64,000 nucleotides of DNA. Source: Stegostoma tigrinum (Eukaryota). Shown here in pieces: positions 12,380-25,475 of the stretch; position 1 is the stretch's first letter, and the number at the start of each line of letters is the position of its first letter. The position numbers and the translations under genes are program-made. The notes beneath the pieces were generated by a model that saw only the letters and a program-made list of their open reading frames with translations, was not told the DNA's origin and did not search any database. Where the stretch lies: contig NC_081369.1 of the NCBI RefSeq assembly GCF_030684315.1, positions 2,718,689 to 2,782,688 on the forward strand. The letters are read 5' to 3'.

Positions 12380-13930
12380 CTTCTCTGTATCCACTCCATC
12401 TGGGCCTCTCAGTCATACATAAAGTCCAAATAGATCCTGTCATCCTTGTAAATCCCATGGAATATAGACCCAGCATCCTTAACCTCTCCCCGTATTACGA
12501 GCCTTTCATTTCCCAAGTCATTCTTGTAAACCTTCTGTGGAACACCTCCAACACCAGCGTATCCTTCCTTAGATACAGAGCCCAAAACTACTGGCAATAT
12601 TCCAACTGTGATCTGATCAAGCCTCATACAGCCTCTGCTCTTGTATTCTTGCCCTCTTGTAATGAATGCAAACATTAAAGTTGAGTCCCTAACCACTGAC
12701 AGAACCTGCATGTTAACCCTCAGGGATTCCTGATCAAGGGCTCCTAATTGTCTCATTTCACCATGTACAAAACAGCCTGTGTCTCTACTCTTCCCATCAC
12801 AGTATATAACTTCACACTTTCCTACATTATATTTCATCTACCACTTCTTTGCCCACTTGCTTCGCATGTTAAGTCCTTCTACAGCCTCCCCTCTTCCTCA
12901 AACTGCCCACCCTTCTACCTACCTTTCTGCCTTCTGCAGAAGTACCAACAATTCCCCCATTTTGTTTGCCCAGGTAGTTTATGGATAATATGAATAGTTG
13001 TGATCCAAACACTGACCATCGTAGAGGTACTCAAGTCACTAGCTGCCATTCTGAAAAAGCCCCCTTTATCCCCACTCTCTGCCTTCTGCCAGTCAGCCCG
13101 TGCTATCCATGGTCTCTTCATTTGCAGCCTCCTGTGCAGTACCATGTCAAAGGGCTTCTGGAAAAATCCAAATAGATCATCACCACTGGCTCTCCTTTGG
13201 CTAAAAGGAGAGTTCTGAGGAAGGGTCACTGGGCCCGAAACATTAACTCTTATTTCTCCCCCACAGATGCTGCCAGGCCTGCTGAGCTTTTCCAGAAACT
13301 TTGTTTTTGTTCTCCTTTGGTTAAATTGTTCATTATCTCCATAAAGTATTCTGACAGATCCAGCAGGCATGAAATCCCCTTGATGAAACCATGCTGACTC
13401 AGCCATATTTTACCGTTCACTCCCAAGTACTCCACAAACTCATCTTAAATATTGGCCTTTATAATCTTATGAAGAACCGAGGTCAGGCTAACTGGCTTAT
13501 AGTTTTTAATCTTCCACCTCCCTTACTTCTGAAACAGGAGTGCTCTATTAACCATTTTCCAGTCCTCTGGGACACTTTCTAGCTTCAGTGATTCCTGAAA
13601 GATCACTATCAATGCTTCTACAATCTCTTCAGCAATTTCCTTCAGAATTCGGAGTGTAGTCTCTTAAGTCTACATTATGCATCCACCTTCATAGTTTTCA
13701 GTTTCCCCAGCACATTCTCCTTAATGATCTCCATTACACTTACCTTTGCTGCTTCACTCTCTTGAAGTACTAGCATGCTGCTGGGGTCTTCCACTGTGAA
13801 GACAGAGGCAAAGCACCTGTTCGGTTCCTCCCCCATTTCTTGTTACCCAATACTAATTATCCAGCATCAAATTCCAGGAGGACAACACACTTGCCATTCT
13901 CTTAACTTTTGAAAATCTAAAAAAAACTCT
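12380..13930 (-). mobile_element. Decayed CR1 LINE ORF2 (Penelope-derived insert at about 13200-13310)
   Basis: MKYNVGKCEVI, SQHGFIKGISCLLDLSEYF, MLAFITRG-like remnants. Confidence 0.85.
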
Positions 13931-13957
13931 TGTAATCTCGTTTTACAAAATTGCGGG

Positions 13958-14485
13958 GAGACATCATGTTAGGGTGAGAGATGGACAATGTCCATATATG
14001 GGGAATTGGAAAATGGGGAGAGGGAGCATGTAGGATGAGCAAGTTGGTGAGGTTGACAGGGTGATAGGATTATTTGGGAGGGAGCAAGACAGATCCAAGC
14101 ATATGGATCTATAGACCAAACAATAATGAGGAGAGGGATCAGGGAGGAGGTGAGGTGGATGAGGTAGAGAAATATGAATTAGGAGAGTGTGATGAGGATA
14201 GGGTAGCGATAGAAAGGGAGAGGGATTGAATGAAGTTTGGAAAGGGTGGAGAGAGATAGGAGGAGGTTTGGGGGTGTAGTCTGTGGGAGAGAAAAAGAGT
14301 GGTGGAGCAGTAGGAAATGTGAGGAAAGGGATAGAAGAAAGCAGAGAGGGAGCCAAAGGGAGGGACAGCAGTAAGAGGGGAAGAGAGCAAGAGGAAAGTG
14401 AGAGATGAGTTAAGGGAGAGGGGAATTGCAGAAAGGGAAGGAGAGATGGTAAGAAAGATAGAGAAGGGAAGTGAGCCAGGGAAAA

Positions 14486-14526
<41 letters not shown>

Positions 14527-15421
14527 GAAGACTTAGACAGGGATAGAGATTTGTGAGAAGTGAAAGTGAGATAGAGGAAGAGAATGAGGGAGCAAAGCAA
14601 AAAGAGGGAGAATGCAGATGGGGGCATGTGGGGGGAAGTAGAGAGAGCAGAGGAGATGGGCAGGATGATGGAGATAAAGGAGATAAGTGAGGATTAAAGC
14701 GGAATGGGAACGACTCATGAAGCAATGCAGAGCGAGAGTGAGAGTGATACAGAGAGGGCAACAGTGAGAGCATAAGGAAGAATGGAGGAATAAAGTAATG
14801 GCCAGAGAATAAGAGAGATGGAAGAGGAGGAAGAGCTGGTCGAAAGAAGCAGATGGAGTGGTTGAGCAAGGACGTAGGTGAGAGTGCACGAAAACCTAAG
14901 GCACAGAGGATGGGGAGTTGTGAAGGGAGGTTATGAGACAGAGGGTACAAGTGGTGGGTAGGGTCAGAGGGAGAGAGAAAGTGGGAGGTGGTCAAGAGAA
15001 GAGGAAATTTGGAAAGGCAGGTTGAGTGTGAGGCAGAGACCAATGAAGGACAGAGAATAAAGGAAATGCAGGTGGTGCAGTTGAGAGAGAAGCTGACCAG
15101 AGGAAGAGAGTGCAATGATTGGGGAGAGGAATGTTGCTAAGAGAGTGAGTGCACATTCTGTGCAGAGGGAAAGAGTGCCATAAGATGGCAGGAGAGAGGG
15201 AGGGGGACAGAGGGAGAGAGCAGATGATAATGCAAATCAGTGGAGAGATAGTGACTGGTGGAGGAGAAGTGGTGGGATACAAGGTGAGAGAGAGGATAAG
15301 AAAGAATAATGCAGTAGGGAGAGTAGGAGTAAGAATGGGAGGGTCAAAGTGTGGATGTATCAGTGAGTTTACAGGAAGCAGACAAGATAATGGAGGGTGA
15401 GAGGACTCTGAGTCAAGGAAG

Positions 15422-15487
<66 letters not shown>

Positions 15488-15560
15488 GGAGAGACAGAGA
15501 GATAGAGAGAGAGGTGAAGGATTGGCAGTGGGAGAGTTTGGGTTTGTTCTACATGGAGAT
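13958..15560 (+). repeat. ~1.6-kb purine-rich (GA) low-complexity tract with (GA)n at about 14488-14522 and (GT)n at about 15425-15472
   Basis: Strong G/A bias on the plus strand. Confidence 0.9.
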
Positions 15561-15585
15561 AAGTGGGTCAAGAGGGAACAATAAT

Positions 15586-17672
15586 GGCAGATATTTCTGG
15601 ATATAATGCAGAAGGTGCAGGATCAGTTTATTCCAAAGAGGAAGAAAGATGGGTGGCAGTGGCTGACAAGCGAAGTTAAGGACTGTAGAAAGATAAAAGA
15701 GAAGAAGTATAACATAGCAAAGACGAGCGGAAAGCTGGAAAACTTTTAAAGAGCAACAGAGGATAACTAAAAAGGCAATACACAGAGAAAAAAAATGAGG
15801 TACAAGGGCAAACTGGCCAAAAATATAAAGGAAGCTAGTAAAAGCTTTTTTTAGGTATGTGAAATGAAAAGAAATGGTTAAAACTAAAATTGGGCCCTTG
15901 GAGACAGAAACAGGTGAATTTATTGTGGGGGAACAACGAAATAACAGAGGAGTTGAATAGGTACTTTGGATCTGTCTTCACTAGGGGAGACACAAGCAAT
16001 CTCCCAGATGTTATCGTGGCTGAAGGCCCTAGGATAATGGACGAACTGAAGGGAATTTATATTCGGAAGGAAATGGTGTTGGATAGACTGTTAGGTCTGA
16101 AGGCTGGCAAGTCCCCGGGACCTAATGTTCTGCATCCCAGGGTACTTAAGGAGTGGCTCTAGAAAACATGGACGCATTGGTAATCATTTTCCAATGTTCT
16201 ATAGATTCAGGATCATTTCCTGCGGATGGGAGGGTGGCCAATCTTGTCCCACTTTTCAAGAAAGGAGGGAGAGAGAAAACAGGGAATTACAGAGCAGTTA
16301 GCATGACGTCAGTGATGGGAAAGGTGCGGGAGTCAATTATAAAAGATAAAATTACGATTCATTTGGATAGCAGTAACATGATAGGTCAGAGTCAGCATGG
16401 ATTTATGAAGGGGAAATCGTGCTTGACTAATCTTCTGGAATTTTTTGAGGATGTAACTATGAAGATGGACAAGGGAGAGCCAGTGGATGTAGTGTACCTT
16501 TTTAGAAATCCTTTGATAAAGTCCCACAGAGGAAATTAGTGAGCAAAATTAGGGCACATGGTATTGAGGAAAAAATACTGACTTGAATTGAAAATTGGCT
16601 GGCTGACAGGAAGCAAAGAGTAGTGATAAACAGGTCCCTTTCAGAATGGTAGGTGGGGACCAGTGGGGTTCAACAAGGTTCAGTGCTGGGACCGCAGCTG
16701 TTTACAATATATATTAACGATATAGATGAAGGCATTAAAAGTCATATTAGTAAATTTGCTGATGACATAAATCTGGGTGGCAGTGTGAAATGTGAGGAAG
16801 ATGTTATGAGAATACAGGATGATTTGGACAGGCTAGGTGGGTGGACGGATGCATGGTAGATGCAGTTTAATGTGGAGAAATGTGTGGTTATCCACTTGGC
16901 TGGCAAGAATAGGAAGGCAGATTACTATCTCAATGGAGTCAAGTTAGGTAAAGGGGAGGTACAATGAGATCTAGGTGTTCTTGTGAAGCATGCAGGTACA
17001 GCAGGCAGTGAAGAAAGCTAATAGCATGCTGGCCTTCATAACAAGAGGAATTGAGTATAGGAGCAAAGAGGTCCTTCTGCAGCTGTAAAGGGCCCTGGTG
17101 AGACAGCACCTGGAGTACTGTGTGCAGCTTTGGTCTCCAAATTTGAGGAAAGACATTCTGGCTATTGAGGGAGAGCAGTGTAGGTTCACGAGGTCAATTC
17201 CTGCAATGGCGGGACTATCATATGTTGAAAGGTTGCAGCAACTGGGCTTGTATACACTTGAGTTTAGAAGAATGAGAGGGAATCTGATTGAGATGTATAA
17301 GATTATTAAAGGATTGGACACTCTGCAGGCAGGAAGCATGTTTCCCTGATGGGGGAGTCCAGAACCAGAGGACACAGTTGAAAAATAAGGGTTCAGCCAT
17401 TTAGAACAGAGTTGAGGAGAATCTTCTTCACCCAGAGAGTGATGGGCGTATGGAATGCTCTGCCCCAGAAGGCAGTGGAGGCCAAGACTCTGGATACTTT
17501 CAAGAAAGTGACGGATTGAGCTCTTCAAGATAGTGGAATCAAGGATTATGGGAGAAAGCAGGAACAGGATACTGATTGTGTATGATCAGCCATGATCATA
17601 ATGAATGGTGGCGTTGGGTCAAGGACAAAATGGCCGACTCCTGCATCTATTGTATATTGTCTATTGTCTATT
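15586..17672 (+). mobile_element. 5'-truncated CR1 (HER1-like) LINE with frameshifted RT and intact 3' end
   Basis: GLKAGKSPGPNVLHPRVLKE, PLFKKGGREKTGNYRAVS, SQHGFMKGKSCLTNLLEFFE, GSVLGPQLFTIYIND, KFADD, HLEYCVQLWSP. Ends in a (TATTGTC)n tail. Confidence 0.95.
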
Positions 17673-18676
17673 TCACAGAATGTTCAACATGATGGAAGGT
17701 CCAGATAGAGTAGATGTTGGAAACAGTTCTCATCATTGACAGGAGATTGGATAATTGGTAGATAATTAATTTCTGATTTATGTTGCCATGGAGAGAATAG
17801 TCAGGCTTTTAATAAAGATTGATACATGAAGGTAGATAAGGGATATACGGGAACACATACCTCTTCAGTTGCAACATAAATAGTGAAACTGAGACTAAGG
17901 ATTTGATGTGTCAAAGAGTGCCTTGGATGTGAAAATGTTAGAGTGGAATCCAATAAGAACTTTAATGTGGTCTTCTATTTTACTCCCAGCACTGTTGGTA
18001 ACATATCCATTATGAGCAGTTGGATTGATTCACAAAGTCCATCCTTGCATGGTTTTAAAAAATTGCTTTTCAAGAAATCTGGAGAATCAGACAAAGTGGA
18101 AATGTAGATGGCTAAATTAAACATACATGGTTATGAATTAAATGATTCCTTAATGTAATTGCACAGCCAGATTAAGGTCTATTTTGGCGAAACTCAGGTG
18201 AGGCACAGACAGTGATGTGTTGCAATCTTCTTCTGACATTACAAAGTGAAACTTGCAGCCAACTTTATGATGCTGTTCAACTATTTGCTATGAAATACTG
18301 CAGAGTTCACTACTTACATTCTCAAACTGTGTACCAGTTGCCCTGTGACAGTTGGGACTTCATGCATGCCAAACGGTAAATGCAGCAACTGAAAGATATG
18401 TCTCAACAATTTCCTAGTGAACAGTTCAGGTATATAGTTTTCAGTACTGCCATATCCAGTTGTGAGACGTGTTGAACAATGAAACTACTTACTGGAGTCG
18501 GCGGCTCCACAAATATTCTCAATCTTAATGATTTAGAAACCAACACATAAGTGCAAAAGGTGAGGCTGAATTATTTGCAACAAAATTCAGCCAGAAGTGC
18601 TGAGTGGATGGGCATATTGACCGCATCTAAATATCTAAAGCGTCACTAGTACCTGTCATCAGCTGATCCTGCAAAG

Positions 18677-19421
18677 CCAATGTGGTATACTGCATCCATT
18701 GTACCCGGTGTGGCTTCCTCTACATTGGGGAAACCAAGCGGAGGCTTGGGGACCGCTTTGCAGAACACGTCCATTCGGTTCGCAATAAACAACTGCACCT
18801 TCCAGTCACTAACCATTTCCACTCCCCCTCCCATTATTTAGATGACATGTCCATCATGGGCCTCCTGCAGTTCCACAATGATGTCACCCGAAGGTTGCAG
18901 GAACAGCAACTCATATTCGACTTGGGAACCCTGCAGCCCAATGGTATCAACGTGGACTTCACCAGCTTCAAAATCTCCCCTTCCCCCACCGCATCCCTAA
19001 ACCAGCCCAGTTCGTCCCCTCCCCCCACTGCACCACACAACCAGTCCAGCTCTTCCCCTCCACCCACTGCAACCCAAAACCAGTCCAACCTGTCTCTGCT
19101 TCCCTAACCTGTTCTTCCTCTCACCCATCCCTTCCTCCCACCCCAAGCCACACCTCCATCTCCTACCTACTAACCTCATCCCACCTCCTTGACCTGTCCA
19201 TCTTCCCTGGACTGACCTATCCCCTCCCCACCTACCCACCTATACTCTGCTCTCCACCTATCTTCTTTTCTGTCCATCTTCGGTCCGCCTCCCCATCTCT
19301 CCCTATTTATTCCATAACCCTCACCCCATCCCCATGTCTGATGAAGGGTCTAGGCCTGAAACGTCAGCTTTTGTGCTCCTGAGATGCTGCTGGGCCTGCT
19401 GTGTTCATCCAGCCTCACACA
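18677..19421 (+). mobile_element. Penelope-like element 3' part (GIY-YIG C-terminus and terminal hammerhead motif)
   Basis: ORF 18682-19107: VVYCIHCTRCGFLYIGETKRRLGDRFAEH. CTGATGAAGGG..CCTGAAACGTC at about 19338-19365. Confidence 0.92.
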
Positions 19422-19663
19422 CTACTGATGTGTCCATCCTTGTTTCAGTGGTTTCTCACCATGAGCCTCTGATCTTCAGGGTAGCATCCTCCTAGGCAGA
19501 CTTCAGGATACACAATGATGCAGAATCACTGACCAGAGACTGATAGCCAAGTTCTGTAGCCTCAATGGTGATCTTGTGTTCATATTGTGCTGCAGGCTAC
19601 TCCACCCCACTGTTCTATATCTGTAAAATATTCTTTACTGGCATGTCTTGCCATCATTATCAT

Positions 19664-19841
19664 NNNNNNNNNNNNNNNNNNNNNNNNNNNNNNNNNNNNN
19701 NNNNNNNNNNNNNNNNNNNNNNNNNNNNNNNNNNNNNNNNNNNNNNNNNNNNNNNNNNNNNNNNNNNNNNNNNNNNNNNNNNNNNNNNNNNNNNNNNNNN
19801 NNNNNNNNNNNNNNNNNNNNNNNNNNNNNNNNNNNNNNNNN
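19664..19841. other. Assembly gap (178 N)
   Basis: Run of N. Confidence 1.
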
Positions 19842-19849
19842 TAAGTCTT

Positions 19850-20207
19850 TATTCTTTTTATTCATGGGCTGAAAGCATCTCTGGCCGGGGCAGCATTTAT
19901 TGCCCATCACAAATTGCTCGGAGGTCAGTTAAGAGTCAGCCACATTGCTGTGGGTCTGCAGTCACATGTAGGCCAGGCCAGCTAAGGATTGCAGTTTCCT
20001 TCCCTGAAGGACATTAGTAAACCAGATGGGCTAATACGACAATTGACAATGGATTCATGGTCATCATTAGACTCTTAATTACAGATATTTATGGAATTCA
20101 TATTCCACCATCTGCCATGGCAGGATTCAAACTCCAGTCTCCAGAACATTGTCTGGGTCTTTGGATTAATTGTCCAGCGATAATACCATGAGGTAATTGC
20201 CTCCTCT
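19850..20207 (-). mobile_element. Deu-domain SINE (SacSINE1-like)
   Basis: Reverse complement of the element at 54735-55065, including the Deu core (gttaagagtcagccacattgctgtgggtctgcagtcacatgtaggcc). Confidence 0.75.
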
Positions 20208-21864
20208 AAATCTATGGGGTGAATCATTTCATCCAAAATGTTTGTCTATTTGCTGATGAATTCTGTCTGGTTCAAGAACACACACTTTGTAGTCACAGCC
20301 AATCATTGTGGCATTTTATATATTCCTGCTTTCTGAATGAAACCAGCCTGATTTCAGGTTAGAACTTGGAGACAAATTCTGAACAAGACCTCACACTTAC
20401 AATTCAGTGCCTGACTTGAGATGTCAACTTTTGTGTCTCCAGCTGCGTGAAGTTTGGAAAGTGAGGCTGACACTGATAAAATCTTTAATTGTCTCAGGGC
20501 AGTGACTTGAAACAGATTTTGCAATGTGCGTCTTAATCAATAGAAACTTGCTTCACCTTTCTAACACAATCCTCCAGCATCCATTTTAAGCTTCTTCACC
20601 CCACACACCAGCTGAATGATCCTTTGATCTCTCTGTCTATAAACTCTGTGTCTGTGTGTGCTCTTACACTGCACCTGACAAAGGTATGTTGCTCTGAAAG
20701 CTTGTGATTTAAATAAACCTGCTGGACTATAGCTTGGTATCATGTGATTTTTTACTTTGTTTGCCCTACTTCAACACCAGCACCTCCACAAAAACAGAGT
20801 TCCCATTTCAAATCCGATAAGAGTGAAGCAATCATACCACATACCGAGACTGGGGCACTTGAGTTTTGAAGAGAGACTGGATATTCTGGGACGTTTTTCA
20901 CTGGAGCATAGGAGGCAAGGTGTGACACTATAGATGTTTACAAAATCATGAGGGGCACACATTAGCAAAGAGCAAAGGTCTTTTCCCTAATGTCAAGGAG
21001 TTTAAAACTTTGAGTCCCAATTTTAAGGTACGAGGAGCAAGATTTAAAATGGGCATGAGGAGCCACAAGTTTTCACACAGGGTCTGGGTCATGCCTGGAA
21101 TGAACTGGCACAGGACGGGATGGATGCGTGCACAATGCAAGCAAGTGGGACTAGTTTAGTTTGTGAAGCTTGGCCAGCCTGGACATTTCGGAGTGAAGGA
21201 TCTGTTTTCATGCTCCATAACTCTATGGAAGAAACTAACTGAGGGTGGGGCAAAGGTGACTTCTCCTGATATCAAGGCCACAATGGACTGACTTCAGCTG
21301 ACTGGCCAGCATTCCTTTCCCATCCCTAGATGCCCTTGAAAAGGATGTAGTGAGTTGACTTCTTGACTTGATATGGTCCACCTGCTGAGGTTTGACCCAC
21401 AATTTTATTAGAGAGGGAATTCCAGGATTTAGACCCAACCTCAGTGAAAGAATTGTGATATTTTTTCAGGTCACGATGGTGAGTACCTTGGAGGGGAACT
21501 TGAAGGTGATGGTATTCCCATATATCTGCTGCCCTTGCCCTTCCAGATTGAAATGGTCCTGGATTTGGAAAGTGCAATCTGAGAATCTTTAAAGAATTTC
21601 TGCACTGCATCTGGTAGAAATTGACGATGCGCTGAGTCAAAACTTGACTGGAGCCTTCCATCGCGAATCTTCTGATGTGTAAACAACAGAATGTGCTTCC
21701 TAACGGAGTAGCCCCAGTGAAGACCCGAGGCTAAATAATGGATTTTTTTTTTTGCTCTCTTTGCTTTGATTTGGGGTTCCAGCCGCATATTGGATTACTT
21801 CTCTCCCAATCACATTAAATAATTCTATTAGTTTATTTCCTGATCCCATCGCAAGTTACTGATT

Positions 21865-22330
21865 GGGCAGCATGTTGGCACACTGTTAACTCATAGCACT
21901 AGGGACCCAGGCTTGATTCCAGCCTCGGGCGACTGTCCGTGTGGAGTTTGCACATTCTCCCCATGTTTGCCCGGGTTTCCTCCGGGAGCTCCAGTTTCCT
22001 CCCACAGTTTAAAGATGCACAGGTTAGATGGCTTGTTAATGCAAAATTACCCGCTGGGGAGAGGATAGGTGAGTGAGCCGTGGTTAACGTCAGGTTAAAG
22101 AGCTTGCGTGGGATGCTGGTAGCGGGTTCAGTGTGGACTCGATGGGTACTGTGAGGATGTGATTCAAAGGCAGACACAATGCACAGAAGAGTTTGAATGA
22201 TCCAGGTCTTATCATGTAATTGATGTAAATTGGAGAATATTCATCGGGGCCATTGGGTGAGAAATTGTTTAGAGGGTCTGTGCGGACTCGATGGACCGAA
22301 CAGACTCTTTCCACACTGTAGGGATTCAAA
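21865..22330 (+). mobile_element. HE1-type V-SINE with a duplicated or extended tail
   Basis: gtgtggagtttgcacattctccccatgtttgcccgggtttcctccgggagctccagtttcctcccaca core. Confidence 0.85.
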
Positions 22331-22714
22331 GTTGATGCCTCGTCTGAAATGACAATTAAAAGTCATCTATAGTTTATCCGTGAAAGAAGAAACAAAGTTT
22401 GCAACTCTTCACAAGATGCTATTTTTCTGGAAACTTTGAAGTCGATTTATTCGGCAAGCCTTGCACTGGATACGCCCCTTCGTTTCCAATGTTGGAGCCT
22501 GAGGTGAGAAACACACGATGACACTTCGAAGGTAGATGCTACACAGAAATGGCTGTTGAAAGTATCTCAGTTAATTTACTGAAAATATACAAACACCTGA
22601 CATGAAGTCACTTCAAAGCAGAAACGCGTTTTTTTTTGTGCACAGCGCATTAACAAAAACACTGAACGAACATGTTGGTCCTCCTGACTCAGAGAGCAGC
22701 CTGTGAGCCAGCGA

Positions 22715-22790
22715 CATATCGGTTTATTGTGCAATGCGTCCCAATCAGCCGAGCGGACAGGCAAGTGGAAACTTTCTAGAGTTGACTCAG
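22715..22790 (+). promoter_or_regulatory. Non-coding block conserved between copy 1 and copy 3 upstream regions (candidate cis-element)
   Basis: tcggtttattgtRcaatRcgt..tcagcYgagc..acaggcaagtggaaa also occurs at about 54646-54705. Both lie about 2.8-2.9 kb upstream of a leader ATG. Confidence 0.4.
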
Positions 22791-23351
22791 GTCACGAAAT
22801 ACAACCTCCTTTGACTGCAGGGTTCATACTTCTGTTCAGAAGTTCCAAACACTTTTAGTTCACTCTCTCGGTTTTGATCAACTTTAACTTCCAGTAATTT
22901 ATATTTCGTTTTGATAATTAGCACAATAGCTGCTGCTCTTTGCTCAACACACACAAAAAAAACACCCGATCCGTCCAACAGCGGAGCAGCTCAAAAAGCC
23001 GCATTTCTCGAATTTGAGAACTGATAAAAACAGCTCAATTGTTGAAGGCCTCGGCTTCAGGACCACACACATGCCTAACCATTGGTTTTTCTGTACAGCT
23101 GCAGACAAACATCTGTCTGACAATGTGGCTGTGTCAGTTACTGGAGGAAGAGTCACCGGACTCGGAAAAATTTACTTTGATATTTTCTTCACAGATGCTG
23201 CCAGACGAGCTGAGTTTCTCCAACAACTTCTATTTCTGTTTGTGTTTTATTGAACAATGTTATGAGCTAATAAATGCATTAGAAGCTCGTGATTTTTAAA
23301 AAAATTTCTGCCAGGTTCTTTGTGTTCTTTCCAGACAACGTTATCGAGTTG

Positions 23352-23581
23352 ACAAAGTGTGAAGCTGGATGAACACAGCAGGCCAAGCAGCATCACAGGA
23401 GCACTAAAGCTGACGTTTCGGGCCTAGACCCTTCATCAGAGAGGCTCTCTGATGAAAGGACTAGGCCCGAAACGTCACCTTTTGTGCTCCTGAGATGCTG
23501 CTTGGCCTGCTGTGTTAATCGACCTTCACACTTTGATATCTTGCATTCTCCAGCATCTGCAGTTCCCATTATCTCTGATCA
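23352..23581. mobile_element. Palindromic Penelope-derived mini-element with two oppositely oriented hammerhead motifs
   Basis: Arms are inverted repeats around 23440. 11-bp TSD TTATCGAGTTG at 23341-23351 and 23582-23592. Confidence 0.88.
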
Positions 23582-24714
23582 TTATCGAGTTGGCTCTTGA
23601 AATTAAACCGACAATACAACCCTTATTGTGATGCTTTCACAGAATGTGGATATTGTTAGCTGGTCCAGTATTTATTGGAAACACTGAAATGCTCCTGACA
23701 AAGCCGTTTCGGGCGGCCTTCTCAATCTGCTGTCGGCAACGTGGCGCAGATCAACCGAGTGAGCAATTGCGGAGAGAATACAGGAGGGTTTCGGAAGCAG
23801 GGCGGGAGATCGCTGCCTGTTGATCCATATCATTGCTGGGAAATGCATTACTTCTCGCTAAACATTAGAATTCAGGAGTTTGCTGAAATCCCTCTACTTG
23901 CCGACACGGCTTCAGGTCCCACACAACTGAGAAGAACGGCATCAGGACAAAGCAGTGAAATTGATAGAAAAGATATTCAGCGTCTGAAAGCTTCAAGAAA
24001 CAAACACTATCTCTTGATATGAATTTTTATGGATTCCCCAAAACACAGAATTAACGAAATGTTATTCACTTTTTTTACACTGGAAATCTGAATTGAACAC
24101 ATCCCAGTTTACATCTCAATGCGCTTCATAACGAAAGAGCAGGAGCAGTCCGAAGCAATCTCTGATCTCCACTTTGCATGCGCTCCATGACAGTGTCACC
24201 GTCGTGGATTTGATGGATTTCTGAGAGAAATATTCAGTGCAGCGTCTTCGTGGATGTCAGCGGGTGTCGGCGCGGGGGAAAGTGGAAACTTTGTACCACG
24301 TCTGCCCGAAACATCAGCAAAATTAAGCAAATCCACATCATTCACGCACCGGCGTGACAGCGCTTTCATTTAACTAGACAAACTACTACCTGCGAGTCAG
24401 AAATCATACGACATCTGGTTCGAGTCTAGCAGGTTTATTTGAAATCACAAGATTTCGGAGCTCAGCACTTTCCCTGATGAAGGAGCAACACTCCGAAAAC
24501 TTGTGATTTCGAATAAACCTCTTGGACTGTAACCTATGACTTCTTTGTCCACCCTACTGTAACATTGGAAATAAAAACGGTGAGATTTCTCGCAATGATG
24601 TCATTGATCCAATGACCAGGACAAATACTTATTAAGTTTATACACGAATGACATCAGTTACATAATAAATCCTGGTATTTTTCAAATCCTAAATTAAATG
24701 CCAAACGCCGTTAA

Positions 24715-25016
24715 ATCATAGAATCCCTGCACTGCAGTGCATCGAGCCTCCGAAGACCATCCCACCCGATCCCCGTTATCCCACCACACCGCCAGTCCAC
24801 ATTCCCGCGGCTCGCCCACCTTTGCCTGCAGATCCCTACACACTGCGGACAATGACCAATCCACCGAACCTGCACATCTTTGGGCTGCGGCAGGAAACGA
24901 CAGGAACCCATCAGACACGGGAAGAATGTGCAAACCCCACACAGATAGTCACCGTCTCGAAAACGAATCCCTGGCACTGGGAGGCAGCAGTGCCAACCAC
25001 TGAGCCACCGTACCAC
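24715..25016 (-). mobile_element. HE1-type V-SINE
   Basis: Reverse complement of the tRNA-like head (ggtacggtggctcagtggttggcactgctgcctc) and V core. Confidence 0.85.
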
Positions 25017-25475
25017 GAAACATGTGTTTTCTTTGAAAGGGCCTGAGTTGTATCCTGTGGCTAAATTAAAAATCTGAGAAAAAAAAATGTTCAAAAGTAA
25101 TGGATATTATCGCTATGTGGACACGGGTAAAAACCTAAAGACTGGAGTTTTGTATTGGTCTGACCGATATTGCACCCAAGCCTGGTGGGTTATGTGAGTG
25201 GATATTGACAGTGTCAGTAGCTTCAACATCTCGACCTAGATTTTGCTCCAAGTGCAGTTGTCTATCCGTGTTATCACTTCCGCTCACTGTTACCACAACT
25301 GGGCCGCAAATGAAAACGCCTGCATGTTGCGCCCTCGGCAAGGAATTAGTCACGTGCTTCTTGACGGCAGACAGACGCAAGTGATTAAAATCGATGCATA
25401 ACTGATATTCCAATAAACGTTCATCAACTCTCTTCTTACATCCAATGTATGAGCAGCCAGAGTTTTATTGTTGCT

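Noticed and set aside
13964-15115. 383-aa Leu/Ser/Pro-rich ORF
   Set aside because: Artefact of reading the pyrimidine-rich strand of the low-complexity tract.
19565-20017. ORFs spanning X runs
   Set aside because: Produced by the N gap.
23352-23581. DNA-transposon MITE or CRISPR-like repeat
   Set aside because: The arms match Penelope 3' ends and the TSD lengths vary (9-15 bp), which fits retrotransposition. The DNA is eukaryotic and has no spacer array.
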